In this document: in pieces, positions 22,751 to 36,679 of the stretch
Layout of the letters: each line of letters begins with the position of its first letter
Numbering within the stretch: position 1 is the stretch's first letter
From: Glaucostegus cemiculus
Taxonomy: Eukaryota
Direction of reading: 5' to 3'
DNA length: 64,000 nucleotides
NCBI GenBank assembly: GCA_976551045.1
Contig: CDPCPM010000005.1
Location: forward strand, 3,720,001-3,784,000
Program-made: the position numbers and the translations under genes
The notes under the pieces: generated by a model
What the model saw: the letters and a program-made list of their open reading frames with translations, nothing else
Database searches by the model: none
Told to the model about the DNA's origin: nothing

Positions 22751-24419
22751 CTATCAAGGCCATGAGCCTTGATCAGAAATACATTAACCTTTTTTTTTTT
22801 TTTTCATTTTATCCACAAGTGGATTTATACATAAAAAGGAGACGTTAAACAGTAGTTCAGATTCACCAACTTCTAATCTGATTTTTGTTTAAATTATTCA
22901 TCCCATTGGGGACCAACTTGTTTGTTATACAGGTATTTTTAAAAAATCATAGAAAGTGGCTAGGGAATCATTTGACCAGGGGACATCCATGGTTAAAGGC
23001 AGGATGATCCATAGAACACAAGTTCTGGCACTCAAAGCAAAGGCACTTCAGTCATACTTGTGATGCACTAATTAGTTACTGGTTTATCCTCCTTGAACAT
23101 ATGGGTTTAAGTCTGGCTTTAACACCTGTTTGTAGATAAATAGACAATCAGCCCTAGATCTGTCACAGAAACACTTTCTCCTCATCCACTATTAAAAATA
23201 GTCTATAAAACCTCCTCTTTGCCTTCTGTACTGTAGGGACAACCATCTCCTTCTCCAGCTAATTAAAGTCCCACATTCCAGGCAACTATCTAGTTAATCT
23301 CCCAGCATCCTTTTGAAGGGGTTGTCACCTTTCCTTGACAAAAGAAAGGGAAAAGACTAGCATCAAATCCCCAGGACATCCCAAAGTTTAATTATGTACC
23401 TGTTAAGGGTACTTAGTCATAATCTAAGGATAGTACTGGCTGTAGGAACATGCCAGATTCCATCTTGTCTGGTGAAAGGAACAAAGAAATATATTACATT
23501 TACCTTCTGTCTTTCTACATTTAGTTATTAGAAAGATGCAGACCCTTGGAGAACAGCAGGATGTTAGTTGGAAAAATGAACAACATTGCTGATTGACATC
23601 TTTAAATTTATTCACTTTGCATACACAGAACTGCATAATTACATCCTCAGCTCCAAAGTAACAAATCCAGTGCTTTAAGTTCACAAAGTCAGTAGTCCAC
23701 AATAGGAACTATAATGTTAGATTACAAATTATTGGAGATAAATTCAATCTCAAAAGTTTAAATTACATAATTTAAACAAAGTTAGGATAGCAGATTTTAA
23801 TCTACAGCAACCAAGAGAATTAATATAAACTGTCATTTATTTTTTTCTCTCCTTGGTTGCGCAATACTGCTACCTGTATTTACATTATTGATAACAAAGA
23901 CTTAAATAAATTGGACTAGTTATTAAATAAACATTTTTTTCTAAAAAATAGTGATTGTTTTATCAAGTGAGCTTTCTCCTCCAGCACAATATTGGTGCCA
24001 AGCTAGGATCTGTCAAAGCGCACCAGCTTCTGGATCCCCCCATCTTATTCAACCAGTGTCTGATTTTCTATCAGAGGAAAAGGTCTCACATCCCCACACA
24101 TCAGTGGATACATGTGGTGAGACACTGGGCATGTGTGTTGGAGCCAAAGTGGGCACTACCAGTGTGCCACCCAATAAACATCTCATTTAATCTACTTGAT
24201 CAGGTCAATAGTGCAGGTACAAATTTTACTGGATTACCACATTCTGAATGGTACATGAAACCACAGGAGCTGCAGTAACACAACTACAATAACAACAATT
24301 TGCATTTATATAGCACCTTTACACAACAAAACATCCAAAGCTTCCCCACAGGAACATTCTGAACCATAATCTAACACTGATATTACAGATAGTCAATAAA
24401 AGCAGGTTTTAAGGAGCAA

Positions 24420-25092
24420 CCTTTGAGGGATCTCGGGATCCATGTCCATAGATCCCTCAAGATTGCCATGCAGGTCGATGGGGTTGTTAAGGCATATGGG
24501 GTATTGGCCTTCGTTAGTTGGGGTAATGTTGCAGCTCTATAGAACTCTGGTTAGACCACACTTGGAGTATAGTGTTCAGTTCTGGTCACCTCACTATAGG
24601 AAGGATGTAGAAGCTTCAGAGAGAGTTGCAGAGGAGATTTACCAGGATGCTGCCTGGATTGGAGAGCATGTCTTACGAGGATAGGTTGAGTGAGCTAGGG
24701 CTTTTCTCTTCAGTGAGGAGGATGAGAGGTGACTTGGAGGTGTACAAGATAAGGGGTATAGATCGAGTGGACAGTCAGAGACATTCTCCCAGGGCAAAAA
24801 ATGGCTAAGACAAGGGGGCATAATTATAAGGTGATTGGAGCAATGTATAAGGGGGATGTCAGAGGCAAGATTTTTTTTATACACAGAGTGGTGGGTGCAT
24901 GGAACACACTGCTGGCAGAGATTGTGGGGGCATATATATTAGGGACGTTTAAAAGATTCTTAGAGAGATCATGAATGATAGAGAAATGGAGGGCTACGTG
25001 GGAGGGAAGGGTTAGATAGATATTAGAGAAGAATAAAATGTCGGCACAAAGTTGTGGACCGAAGGGCCTGTACTGTAATGTTCTATGTTCTA
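24420..25092 (+). mobile_element. CR1 3' fragment with UTR and microsatellite tail
   Basis: LQLYRTLVRPHLEYSVQFWSPHYRKDV, RRFTRMLPGLESMSYEDRL; tail ccgaagggcctgtactgtaatgttctatgttcta. Confidence 0.9.
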
Positions 25093-26283
25093 TCCCCATC
25101 TCTACAACTTCCTCCAGTCTTGCAAGGCTCAATGATTTCCTTCTCCAGCCTGCCGCCCTTCCCCAAGTTCCTTCACTGTATCAGCAGTGTCTTCAGCTGC
25201 CTATGACTTAAACTCTGGAATCCCCTTGCTAAATCTCACAGCCTTTCTCTTCTCTGAGACTGAGAGCTCTAGTGAGAGAATTCCAGAGCTAAGAGCTAAT
25301 GACACACCGCCTTCAGTGGTACCAGGAAGGAAGCCAGGGACGTTGAAGCAGGTGGAAAAGGAAATCACGGAACACTGCAAGGCCGGAGGAAGTTGTGGAG
25401 ATGGGAAGGAGCTGGGCTACAGGGATTTCAAAACAAGGGTGTGAACTTGGAGAACAAGGTTCCATTAGTCCAGCTGAAGCATAACATTTTGTATCAAAGA
25501 ACATACTTGCTAAACTAAAATACAGCCATTAAAATACTAAAATCAGAAGGCACTGACAATTGGTACTAATTTCGTCTCAAGTAAAGATTTCCATAGGACA
25601 CATTCTCTTTGCTTAGATACATTTGAACTTGAAGGAATCTAATTTTGAAAATGTTTGCAAGCAAAGCAGTATTATATCAGATCATGCATTGCCAGGACTC
25701 CTCAATAAAACCAAAATAAAAGCTCCTGCTTAATGGCCTCAGACTAAAATACATTTCAAATTAAGTTAGCCAGAAAAATGACCCGTTTTAAGGGGGAAAA
25801 AAACTGTTCTAAATGTTCTAGTCAATTATTGTTTCTGCATCACAACTTTGAAGGGGTTTTCTTTTTATAAAACAGATGCCTGCCCTAAGCATTGTAGGCA
25901 GGGTACAGATCATTGGGGAGAGAAACCTATTACCATCATGATGGACGTACACCAGGATTGGATTGATTTATGTATAGTTTTAGAGCCCAAGGGGGAAAAA
26001 AAATCTTGGAATGCTCAAAATCTACGCAGGAGTTAAGCAGTAAGTTTAATGTGGGTGAGTGCCTGAACAGTGACCCTCAATTATTGAAAAGCAGTTTAGA
26101 TTGCTTCTTCAGAACTCCAGTACCTGTTTTGAAAACCTCCTTGGGTGATTCACTGTCCAGTAATTTTAACTTTGATTTTTGGGGTTTTCATTTTGCATGA
26201 GTTTTACAAAAAGAAACCATATTAATTATGATTAGGAGAAATACATTTGTAAGAGTGATGCTCATTAATTCAGGCCAAAATGG

Positions 26284-27313
26284 TTTATTAAAAAAATAAG
26301 CCACAAATAAATCTTTGAGGCTTTTGCCTTCTTACCTTCTTTACATGCAAAGCTTCCAGCATTTGATTGTTCAGCATATTCTCAAAAAGGCTGCTGCATC
26401 TGTCTTTGTGCTTCTCCAGCCTCAGAAGATACAAAGGCAGACCCAGTTGGGGAGACTGATCCTATTCAAAATGTTACTACGGGATACCAAAAACATGCAA
26501 CAGCAACTCTACACTGCTGCATATTAAATCATTTCCAGGACAAGCAAGGATTCTTTGCTTTTGTTAACCATTTTCATTTGCTCGAGTTCTCTTTGGGTTG
26601 TGGGATTTCTCATTTTCATTTCTCTTCTTGGTAGCAGAATTAAGCTTAAGGCAGTCAAGTCAGGACAAGTTTGAAGAGAAGCCAAAATAGAGATAGTACA
26701 CTTTAAGGCACAAGACTTATCAACAGTACCCTGTACATTTGAAATATTTTTTTTCATCTGAGAAAATGCTTTAGGCATCAACAGTTGGCGGACTCGTACA
26801 TAATACTCTACAAATGGCAATGTATTACTTCATGCATGTGGAAGCAATAAGAACATTTTTAGCCCCCCACGTAACAGGGAGGTGGTTCAATCTCTTACTA
26901 CCCTTATAAACATTGGTTAAAAATAATAACAAAGTTTAAAAAGTCAATTGTCACCAACGACTGTTAAAGCTAAATGAAGTTCTTAAATGATTAAAAATGG
27001 TTGAAGGACAGTTCTTGACATTTCAAGTCTGCTAGTCATTCACTCCATCGTGCCACTGCTGTGTTGGTCAGGGAAATAGTCACCTGGGCCCGTTTTGACA
27101 TGACTGACATTTAACTTTTATTTGGAATGTAATGAAATGGCTAATATGGAGGTGGATAATAAAATGATACTGACATTGGTATCTATAGGGCAGATATGCA
27201 TATTAAGTCATCAGAAATAGACAGAGAGCACAGGAGAGTAGCTTTTCCATACAAACATGATAAAATGAGATTCAAACACAGGCTGTGGGGTTTACATTAG
27301 ATATTTTATGCCC
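26284..27313 (-). other. SLC1A4: Probable SLC1A4 3' UTR with candidate poly(A) signals
   Basis: Repeat-free AT-rich stretch after the stop codon; AATAAA on the minus strand at 27117-27122 and 26284-26289. True 3' end unknown. Confidence 0.5.
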
Positions 27314-27548
27314 TCACAGTATGGATTCTTTTGATTCCGAATCCACATTACCGGAGGGAGTAGGGGGTTTTTCAGTGTAAGAGACAAGTGGGGATGTTTC
27401 ATTCTCTGAACTAGGGTTAGCCACAGCTTCCACTTTCACATCTGTTAGTTCCGTTTTCTCTGTGTCCAGTTCCTTCAGGCTGGTGTAATGAAGGATGCCC
27501 GCTCCCAGAGCATCTCCCTCTACGTTAACCACAGTACAGGTCCGGTCC
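27314..27548 (-). CDS. SLC1A4: Neutral amino acid transporter A (ASCT1), exon 8 (terminal, 235 bp coding)
   Basis: Acceptor cactcag|G; [47 protein letters not shown] matches the ASCT1 tail ([27 protein letters not shown]). Confidence 0.96.
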
Positions 27549-27959
27549 CTGAGTGAATATCAAAATAATTCAAAATACATTTTAAAAAAACTTCTGCTTG
27601 CCCCTCCATTTTCCTCCCCTTCCCTACAGTTGTGCAAGAAATGGTAGGTCTCCGCCACTTGGCCATGGTGAGCCCTAGTAGGAAGTTTCAACTCGTTCTT
27701 TATTGAAGGTATCACATCTGAGTCAAACACAGTCTGCATATGCAGATTTTCCAGCAGGGATTACAGAACATCAATCAGAAACAGCAAAACTAAAAGGCTT
27801 TTCTTGAGAACACGAGGAGGCATAGTTTAACGGGGTCTCAGTTCTGTACAGAACCACAAAGATCTTGTCATGGGAGTGACTGGCAATGAAGTCTGATTTC
27901 CTTAGCAATGTACCAAAAGGTGACAGAAAGTGCCCAGTCAAATTTCTAGAGCGAGTCAA

Positions 27960-28700
27960 AATGACCATGAAATAAACTTTGCTGTGTAACCTTTGCTCTA
28001 ACTTCTAGGCTATTTCTTCTTAAAAAGTGGTCCAGGTGTGGTTTCACCAAAGTCCTCGATAGTAGCGGTCAGACTTCCCTCCTTTTAGGCTCTCTCTCTC
28101 TTATGGTAAAATCAGCATTCTATTTGCCTTCTTAATCATTTGCTGTACCTGCAGCTGACTGTTTCATGTATGAGCACATTCAGATCCCATGGAACAACAA
28201 TATTTGATTGTCTCAAACCACTTATGGTGCTTTTCTAACTTTCAGGCCAAAAGAGATTATCTCACATCTCTCCATGCTCCATTGGCTATCTTTTGGCCAT
28301 CTGTTTAACCTTTCTATATCCTTCTGAAGATCTGGCATTCTCCCCACAACTTATCGTCCCCCTATCTTTGCATAAGGGGTGAATTTGCATCTGATTTATT
28401 TATCCAAGCCACTAAATGGAAATAGTTGAGATTCCAATAGTCTTGTTAAATCCTGATGACTCAAAATGACCCATCTGTTTATTCATAATTTTTGTTTCCT
28501 GTCTATTAACCAATCCTCTCCCCATGTTAACCTTTTACCCTCAGTACCACAAGCCCCGAACTTGTTGAGTAATCTTTTATGTGGCATTTTACTGAGTGAC
28601 TTTTGGATGTCCAAATAGGCTACATCATTGGCTCTGCTTATTATCCACACTGTTATTTACATCTTCAAAGAATTTGTTAAACATGATTTCTCTTTCACAA
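27960..28700 (-). mobile_element. Very old CR1 fragment in intron 7
   Basis: Decayed minus-strand CR1 pattern (ccaggtgtggtttcaccaaag, tttgccttcttaatcatttgctgtacctg, gacttttggatgtccaaata, ttaaacatgatttctctttcacaaa). Confidence 0.55.
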
Positions 28701-29754
28701 AATAACCCAATACAAGATGAATTTGGGGGTCTGGACAATAGTATTGAAAGTGCATGAATGAAACCTTCTTATAATGCCATTCACGAAGTAGCACATTGCA
28801 TTTCATTCACGGCAACTACCACTTTGTCCAAAGACTATTAATTCTACTCTGTTTGGCTCATCTCAAGCCCTACTCTTCCTGCTGTGTTTAATGGGAGGAA
28901 CCATGCCCATTATAGTGGATGGTGAGGGCATTGTGTAGTTACAAGGGGCCTCTTCATTCCTTCTTTGATACCATACATTGCAGAACAGTATAGAAGCAAG
29001 TTGCCCTCACAGTATTGCTCCAAGGCATCGATGGTTTCAGTCACCTTCACCGACTACTTACGCCATTAAGGAATGGCTGCACCGAATGGCCATTCGCTCC
29101 AGTGTTGGGAGTTATCATTGACAGTCAGAGCTGTTCTTCTAAACTCTTTGACATTCATTTTTTGCAGACGTCCACCCCTTTTGCCCTTCTCTTTCTGCCT
29201 TTTCCTTTGCCAACACCATCCCCGCAAAACTTCTGTAGGTCCTGAATTCCTTGTCACCACAATCTCATTCAATGGCCAACCTCCTTCTGTCACTCTTGCT
29301 TCCACTAAAGGGTCCCCTAACACGTTAAGCCCGAATTTCCCCATTCCACGTCAGGGACGGGACTCCTGGTCTGGATCAGCCCCCACCACAAAGTCTGCTC
29401 CACCATCTCTCACCCTCACAACTGTCTGAAACTGAGCCAAACTGTTCACTACCTCGTGTTGAACCTAACCTCAAAGTGAGCTTTGGACCACATACCTGTG
29501 ACATCACTAATGCCACCCATCTCCACCCCCATAACCCTGCCTCGCTGCTACTGCTTCAACTCCTCCGCTGTGGAAAATGCCTCAGTGTTCATCACTGCCC
29601 CTCAGCTTAATCATCCCAATGCATTCCTGGCCAGACCTCCTTCATTCTAGCTTAGGTAAACTTGAGGCTAAGTAAAGCTCTGCTTTACCGTTCACTCTAT
29701 TCAGTGAACCTGTTCACTCATCACCCATTGCTCAGTGTCCTACACAGTTTTCAC

Positions 29755-30085
29755 AGTGGGCCAGCACAGTGGTGCAGTTAGTCGAGCTGCTGCCTCTCAG
29801 CTCCAGATCCTAACCTCCTGTGCTATGTGGAGCTTGCACACTCTCCCTGTGACCACGTGGGTTCCCTCTGGGTGCTCCGGTTGCCTTCTACTTCCCGAGG
29901 ATGTGAAGGTTGGTTAGATAGCCACTGTAAATTGCCTCTAGTGTATAGGTTAGGATCAAGGAAGGATTGATGGAAATGTGGGGAGAATAGGTAAAAGGGA
30001 AAATGAGTGGAGGAATAGGATTTCTCTGAGAGTTGGCACAGACTCAAAAGGTACAAATGGCCTCCTAAGTTTTAAGGAAATATAC
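29755..30085 (+). mobile_element. V-SINE-type element nested in L2-like sequence
   Basis: cagcacagtggtgcagttagtcgagctgctgcctctcagctccag head; gcttgcacactctccctgtgaccacgtgggttccctctgggtgctccgg V-domain; CR1-like tail. Confidence 0.75.
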
Positions 30086-31039
30086 ATGGAAAATTCTTAT
30101 TCCTGTTTTCAAAACCCTCATGGTCTTTCCACTCACTATCCCTGTTACCCTCTCCAGCCCTGCAAGCCAAGGATCCTTCACTTCTGGCTTCTTTCACATT
30201 CTCATTTTCCATCATGCCACCAGCAGTGACCGTGTCTTCAGTTGCTTGGAATCCAACCTTTAACTTCCTTTCCTCCTTTAAGACCCCCTCTTTTGACCAT
30301 TTTCGGTCACTTGACCTAAAAGCTCTTTTTGTGGGGTTGTCAAATATTGCTCGATAACACTACTGCAATATACATACTTTGAGATGTTTTAGTTTGTTAA
30401 AGGCACTGTCAAAGTTCAAACTGATGATGGAAAATTAAGGAGCACCTGCCAACCAAGGGAAATAAGATTAGGTACTATCCACTAACAATATTATCGGAAC
30501 ACCAAAATGTAAGGCTTATTAAAAGGTCCAGCATCGTGGAGATGCATGAAAAATACCAATATCAACTACCGCCTAATTACAGGTAATGGAACAAACATGA
30601 AAGATATTCTCCCAATTATTTTAGGTGGGAATAATTGTTGTATTGTCTCCCAGATCTTCTTTATCATTCTGCTGTGGGAATAAGCACCAGATTAGCCCGT
30701 AAATCCATTGGAGGTTCCTTGCACTTCATCAAATCCCTCATAATTACAATCATTGGCTCACAAACTGCACCCAATTTCTCTCTTAGTATTTTGGGATAAA
30801 AATTAAATGGCTCCAGAGATCTTGTTGAGTTTGACTCCTTCTTAATCCCTCTCAGCTTTCCATTGGATTTATAAAAAATGAATTCATTCTACTCAAGTTC
30901 TCATTAATTAGAAAAGACTGTCATTAATGAATACCTGATTCATGGAATGATAAAATGCAGAACCATTACAAAACTGATTTGAAACATGCTGTCTGATTTG
31001 AAATTCCTCTGAAGAGCATAGAAATAAAAATTGACATGG

Positions 31040-31610
31040 TTCACTGTCTCAGCCTAGAGATACAAGTACAAAAAGAACTAGGCTGACATTCCCCAGAGAG
31101 TCCCACTTTATCAGAAGTGCCATCTTTCACATGGGACATTAAAACAAGGGCTCAATTCAGGTGGCTGGAAATGATCCCACAGCACTATAGAAGAGCAGGG
31201 GATATATCTATTTTGGTAAGTAAGGCTGTCTATAACTCTGTTGCCCAATTGCTGAATCCTCTTCACTCATCACCTGTTGGTAAGTGGTTCGCACAATTTC
31301 AAAATTCCCATTCTTGTTTTCAATTCCCTCAATCGTCTTGCCATTTATGACCTCAGTTACTTCCTCCGGCCCTGTAAGTCATGGATCCTTCACTTCTAGC
31401 TCTCACACATTCTCATTTTCCACCAATAGCAAACTTTTGTCCTATAATTAGACAATCAGATTATTATCACATTACTGTTGCTGGGAGCTTTCTATGGGTA
31501 AATTGCTTGCTGCACTTCCTACGTTCAGACACTGCCCATAACATTCTGGTTAGGGTTTTTCCTGATGCACTGCAGCTATCAAGGTTGCTATATGAATACA
31601 TCTCTTTCTT
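31040..31610 (+). mobile_element. Old Deu-domain SINE fragments
   Basis: ctaggctgacattccc..tcagaagtgccatctttcacatgggacattaaaacaaggg and cagattattatcacattactgttgctgggagc; related pieces at about 34270-34430 and 35600-35800. Confidence 0.55.
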
Positions 31611-32728
31611 TAAAGAGCAGTGAGTTGAAAATCCATGAGTACAATTTGTGAAAGAACCCTCAGGCGGACGTTGACACAGTGATGTTAGATAGAAGGTTAT
31701 GGGTAAGCCTAATAGTGTGGGGACGTGTTCGGCACAGCTTTGTGGGCCAAAGGGCCTGAATTGTGCTGTAGGTATCTATGTTCTATGAATAATCACAGCT
31801 GAACTCTGGAGTCTTGACAACCCACTATGACACATTTAAATCACCTCCTTCCTACCCCACAGCCCCAATCAGTCACTAACCAAGGGTTGCTTCTCAGCAG
31901 CTTCATTGCGATGGAGAAGGGAACACATTTTGATCAGAGAATGTTAGTTTTGAATGACTGGAATTGCACTCTGCAGCAGTTTGTTCATCTTTTATACTTA
32001 ATTATTCTTAATAATATTACCTCATTATTCTTGATTTATTCCTTCATTATTATTCAGCTAATGGAACAGCAACAGACCATGTGGCCCTTTGAGTCTTCCT
32101 GTTCCATTCAATGCGATCATGACCTACCCTTTCACCTTATGGTATATTCCCAAATCTTGGACATACAAAGGTCAGAACTGTAGAATCTCAGAGATTTCAA
32201 TGGAGATTACAGAGATCAGGAAGGCCGAGACCAAGCAGGGATTTGAAAACAGTTGAAAATTTGTTTTTTTTTAAAAAATAAACTGAGGTAGTGCTGAGCT
32301 GGGAGCCAATGTAGGCTGGCAAACACAGAAAGGATTGGTACAGGGGGAGTTTCTGCCATCCACTTCTTGTAAATAATCACTTTCCAGGCAGCAAGACTTT
32401 CTCATTTCCTAGGTGGGAAATTACCCAGTGGGATTAAAATGATGCCCATCTGTTCAAAGCCATTGCTCTTATATTGCTATTGAAGTGGAGCGAAGAATAG
32501 CATTGGCATTAAATTGGGGTTGCTGTGCTTCACCTAGTTTAGTTTCGTTTCTTCCACTAAATGCTGTGAACAGTCCCAGTATAATGGCTCATCTGAAGTT
32601 TTTGACTATTTCAGAACAACAAACAAACAAACAGCAAAGTAAAACTCAGAGGAAAGTTAATATCATTCAATTAATAATATAGAATGTATAGTTGGAAAAG
32701 GGGACTGTATTGAGATCAAAGACACTTA

Positions 32729-32890
<162 letters not shown>

Positions 32891-33399
32891 TCACTGTCCA
32901 TCAACTCGCATCGGCCTACAGTGGAGAAGAAAGCTATTCATCCCAACTGGCCCACACTAGCTATTCACAAGCCTCTTCTTTGCCTCATCTACCAACCGCT
33001 TCCTTTGTCCTCATTCAGTTTCCCTTTAAATCCATCAACGTTATTCAACTCACCTGCTCTATAGTCCAACCATTCTCTTTGTAAAGAAGTTTCATTGAGT
33101 TCCTACTATGATTCATTAATGGCATCTTTATTGACCACAAGGTTTCAGTTCCCTCCCAAGTAGAAAAATTCTGTGTCTGGAATCTAGAATTTAATTCTTT
33201 TAATTAATTTAATAGAATTTAATGTCGTAACTCAACAATTCATATTTTTACATTGCACCTTTATAGCAGAAAGATATCCCAAGGCAGTTAACAGGAATGA
33301 TTAGCAACCCCATTTTGACACTGCCATGTGAGGATATATTAGCACAAGTGACGAAGAGCTTAGCTGGAGGAGAAGATTTTTTAGGGCGTGTAATAATGG

Positions 33400-33580
33400 T
33401 CATAGAGCAATACAGCACGGATACAGGCCCTTCAGCCCAACCAGCCCATGCTGACCATGGTGCCCACCCAGCTCATCCCAATTTCCTGCATTCTGCCCAT
33501 ATCCCTTTAAACTCTGCCCCTCCATGTGCCTATTCAAGAGCTTCTGAAATGGTACTATTGCCTCAACCACTTCCTCTGGG
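33400..33580 (-). mobile_element. CR1 3' end fragment
   Basis: VVEAIVPFQKLLNRHM, then UTR gggctgaagggcctgtatccgtgctgtattgctctatg. Confidence 0.75.
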
Positions 33581-36500
33581 TGAGAAAAGGTAGAAAAGGA
33601 GGGGCTAAGGAAGGGAGCTCTAGAATTGAACATCCAGGCTGTCAAAGGTGCAACCTCCAATTATTATTGGGCAAAGGAAATCAAGACTGCACAAGAGACT
33701 GAAGTGTGGGAGTTAAACTGATACCTGACAATAGCAGGCAGTTGAATATAATGCATCTTGCCAAAGGTTCACTACTGACGGCAGATTCCAAGCTCTCTCT
33801 TTGCAAACATGGTGATTGAAGCCCTCCAATCTTTGGTTTAAGTAGAATCACTGACAGAAATACTCAGTTACCAATCAACTTAGGACAGCTGATTACTTAG
33901 AGTATACAGCCTAAAATGGGAGCTAAATTCCTTCACTTCTACAATAGTACTATTCAGCTGTTAATATTTGATTCCTCCAGCCTTCTATCCTTATAAGGAC
34001 CTTCTCTAACTTCCTCCCCTCTAGCTTTGTTAAAACCATCTCTAGCTTTTCCCAGACTTTGAACAAAGGGCATTCACATAAGACACTATTTTCCCCTCAC
34101 TTTGTTTTTATTTCAGATTCTCCAGAATCAACAGCACTTTGGTTTTTTTTTAAATTATTATTTCAAATTTACCCCAGCAGGAATTTGAGCTTCTTGCATA
34201 AAAATCCAAAGGTGTTTTTTTTTAAACAAATTGCTGGCAAGTATCTGTGATGCAACATCATACAAAAAAAACAAGCAATCAGGACATTGTCATGTGGGAG
34301 CTTGCTGTGCACAAACTGGCTGCCAGGTTCCCTGCATTACAACAACCACAACACTTAAAGTACTTCATCAACCTGTTCTGGGCTTTGACTAAGAACCGAG
34401 CCTGTGAGAAACTCTACAGAAATTTAAGTCTATCCCTGTCATTAATTCATTTTGGTGCTTTTTCTAGCATTTTCAAATGTTGCACTGGTCTGTTTTCATC
34501 CCTATGTTTGGAGTTGTGAAGCACTTTGATGAAACAACATGCATAGATTTGGGAAACAGGAATGTTTGCAGGGTGACACTCCCAGAACTCTAACAGTAAT
34601 CATTAGTAGCAGCAGGTTTGAAATTGATTGACCTAAATATCCCCAAACTATAGGATATTGAGTTGATTGGGCAACTACAGAATCATACAAAATTGACATC
34701 CCATCTTAAGTGCAAACAGATTAGACCCAGCACCCTGCAAAATCTGGAAACGAAGGATTTTATTTGCTTAAAGTGAAGCTGTAGCACAAGCAGCCTGAAG
34801 CAGTGATGTTGGTGGTGTTCTCTTCCCTGAGAACAACAGGAATAACACTAACGGTATTATTAGTCCTTATTTTCATGAAAGATTAGCCAAGTTAGGCTTC
34901 ACCACTGGGTTTGATTAATGACCAAATTGCAAGTGGATGCAGCCACTGAACAAACACGTGGATGGCCTTTCAGACAAATGAGGCAAAATTGTTTCAAAAT
35001 GCTCTCTTAATTTATTCGGCCCTGTGAATCCATGCTAGAATAGCTTTGTTCAATGTAGGATGCTTTCCTATGGCTGATATGGGCAGGATAACCGACGTCC
35101 ATCACAAGCACTACCTATTCCCACCTGCGTCCATCCTGCTCAGTTCACTTGCTGCCAAACCCATTCAGCCCAGTTTTTGCTGCCTCTACCTTCTGCTCAC
35201 TGCCTCTTTGTGCCTGTTGCATCTCACAAATGTCATTCAACTTTATTTCAAGTTAATTTGTTTAGAAACTTGATTCATCTTGTGTAGGAGAAAACTGGGA
35301 ACAATGAAAGCAGGCATTCAACAAAAGTAGATGCTCAACTTGTGACAGAAATGAAACAGTATTCATTAATTTTATCAAAGAAATTCTCAACATGTAATAT
35401 AATCTCACTGGTCTAAAGGACCTACTGTTTATTCACCCAAGCAGTTCCTCTTCTGAGATATTTTTGAATGATGATATGACTTCTGCAATCCTTGCAATTA
35501 GAAGAATCCTTCCTGTTATTGATGAAGTCCCCATAACTCATCTTAACAATTCCAAATGCATATGGTAGCAATGAAAGGCAATTTTTCATTCTCCCTCCCT
35601 TTTTTAGGATGAGATGCTAAATTAATGCCTGCTTGGGTGGAAGATACCACGAGACTATTTCAAAATCCAGGGTAGTCAACCCCAACGGCCCGGCCAATTT
35701 TTCAATCAGAGCACCAAAAGAGATTATCTGCACCAGGGGAGCCAACTGTGGACGAATTGGCTGCAGTGATTTCCACGTTATAATAGTGACTATGCTCTAG
35801 TACTCCATTAGCTGGAAAATACAAATGATGTTCTGATGTCATAAATGGTGCAAAAGAAATCCAAGGATTCCATTTAAAGTGTAACATCATTTGCCTGGTA
35901 TTTGTAAAGTTCAGTTCTACTTTATGACCTCAAGCCTCATTTTGGAAATAAAATGTCTCTCACTGCTCCTCATGACTTCCTCCACATCTCTCTCCTCGAG
36001 ATATTCCACACTAGAAGTGAACTTCCTAACTGCATCACTGGTCACCCCTTGGCCAGGACAGCAACTGAATGACCCATCAAGGTGATGCCCAGTCCTATGC
36101 ATTTCCCAACCCTATGCAGATGATTCAACTACCCAGTACTCACAGTGATGCTTACAAGGTACTGGGTTCAGAAGCTCACTAGCTAAGCAGCACCAGTATT
36201 CTTGACAGCCTTTAACAGAAAGGAGGTTCACAGTGATGATTTGAACTCAAGTGGAGGCCTAAACACAGGAGTCAGGTGGTCAAAGAGGCAAGCTTTAAGG
36301 AGCATCTTAGAGGTGGAGGAGCAAGGTGTTGAGGTGGAAGTGTCTGAGGAGGCAATTCAAATGTTTAGGATCCACCAACTGAAAAAACAAGATCTGCATT
36401 TCAATAGCACCTTTCACATCCCTTTCAAGACATCTCAAGGTGCCTTACAGCCAACTAAGTAACAATTCACTTTGAATCAGCCTTGAACGACAAGTGAAGT

Positions 36501-36679
36501 AACTCCCCCTCTCCATTATACTGGAATCAAGTTTAAGAAAGGTTCCATCAGATTCACCACAGCTGTCAATGGATACAGCCTGTCAATTAAACAAAATGAC
36601 AAATTTAAGGTAATTGCTAAGTGTAGCAGAGGTGAAATAAGGAGATTTTTTTGTGTTTTACATGGTGAGCTGTCATAAT

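Noticed and set aside
29015-29429. Overlapping 76-118 aa ORFs in intron 7
   Set aside because: No recognisable domain or clear splice signals; adjacent to L2-like debris.
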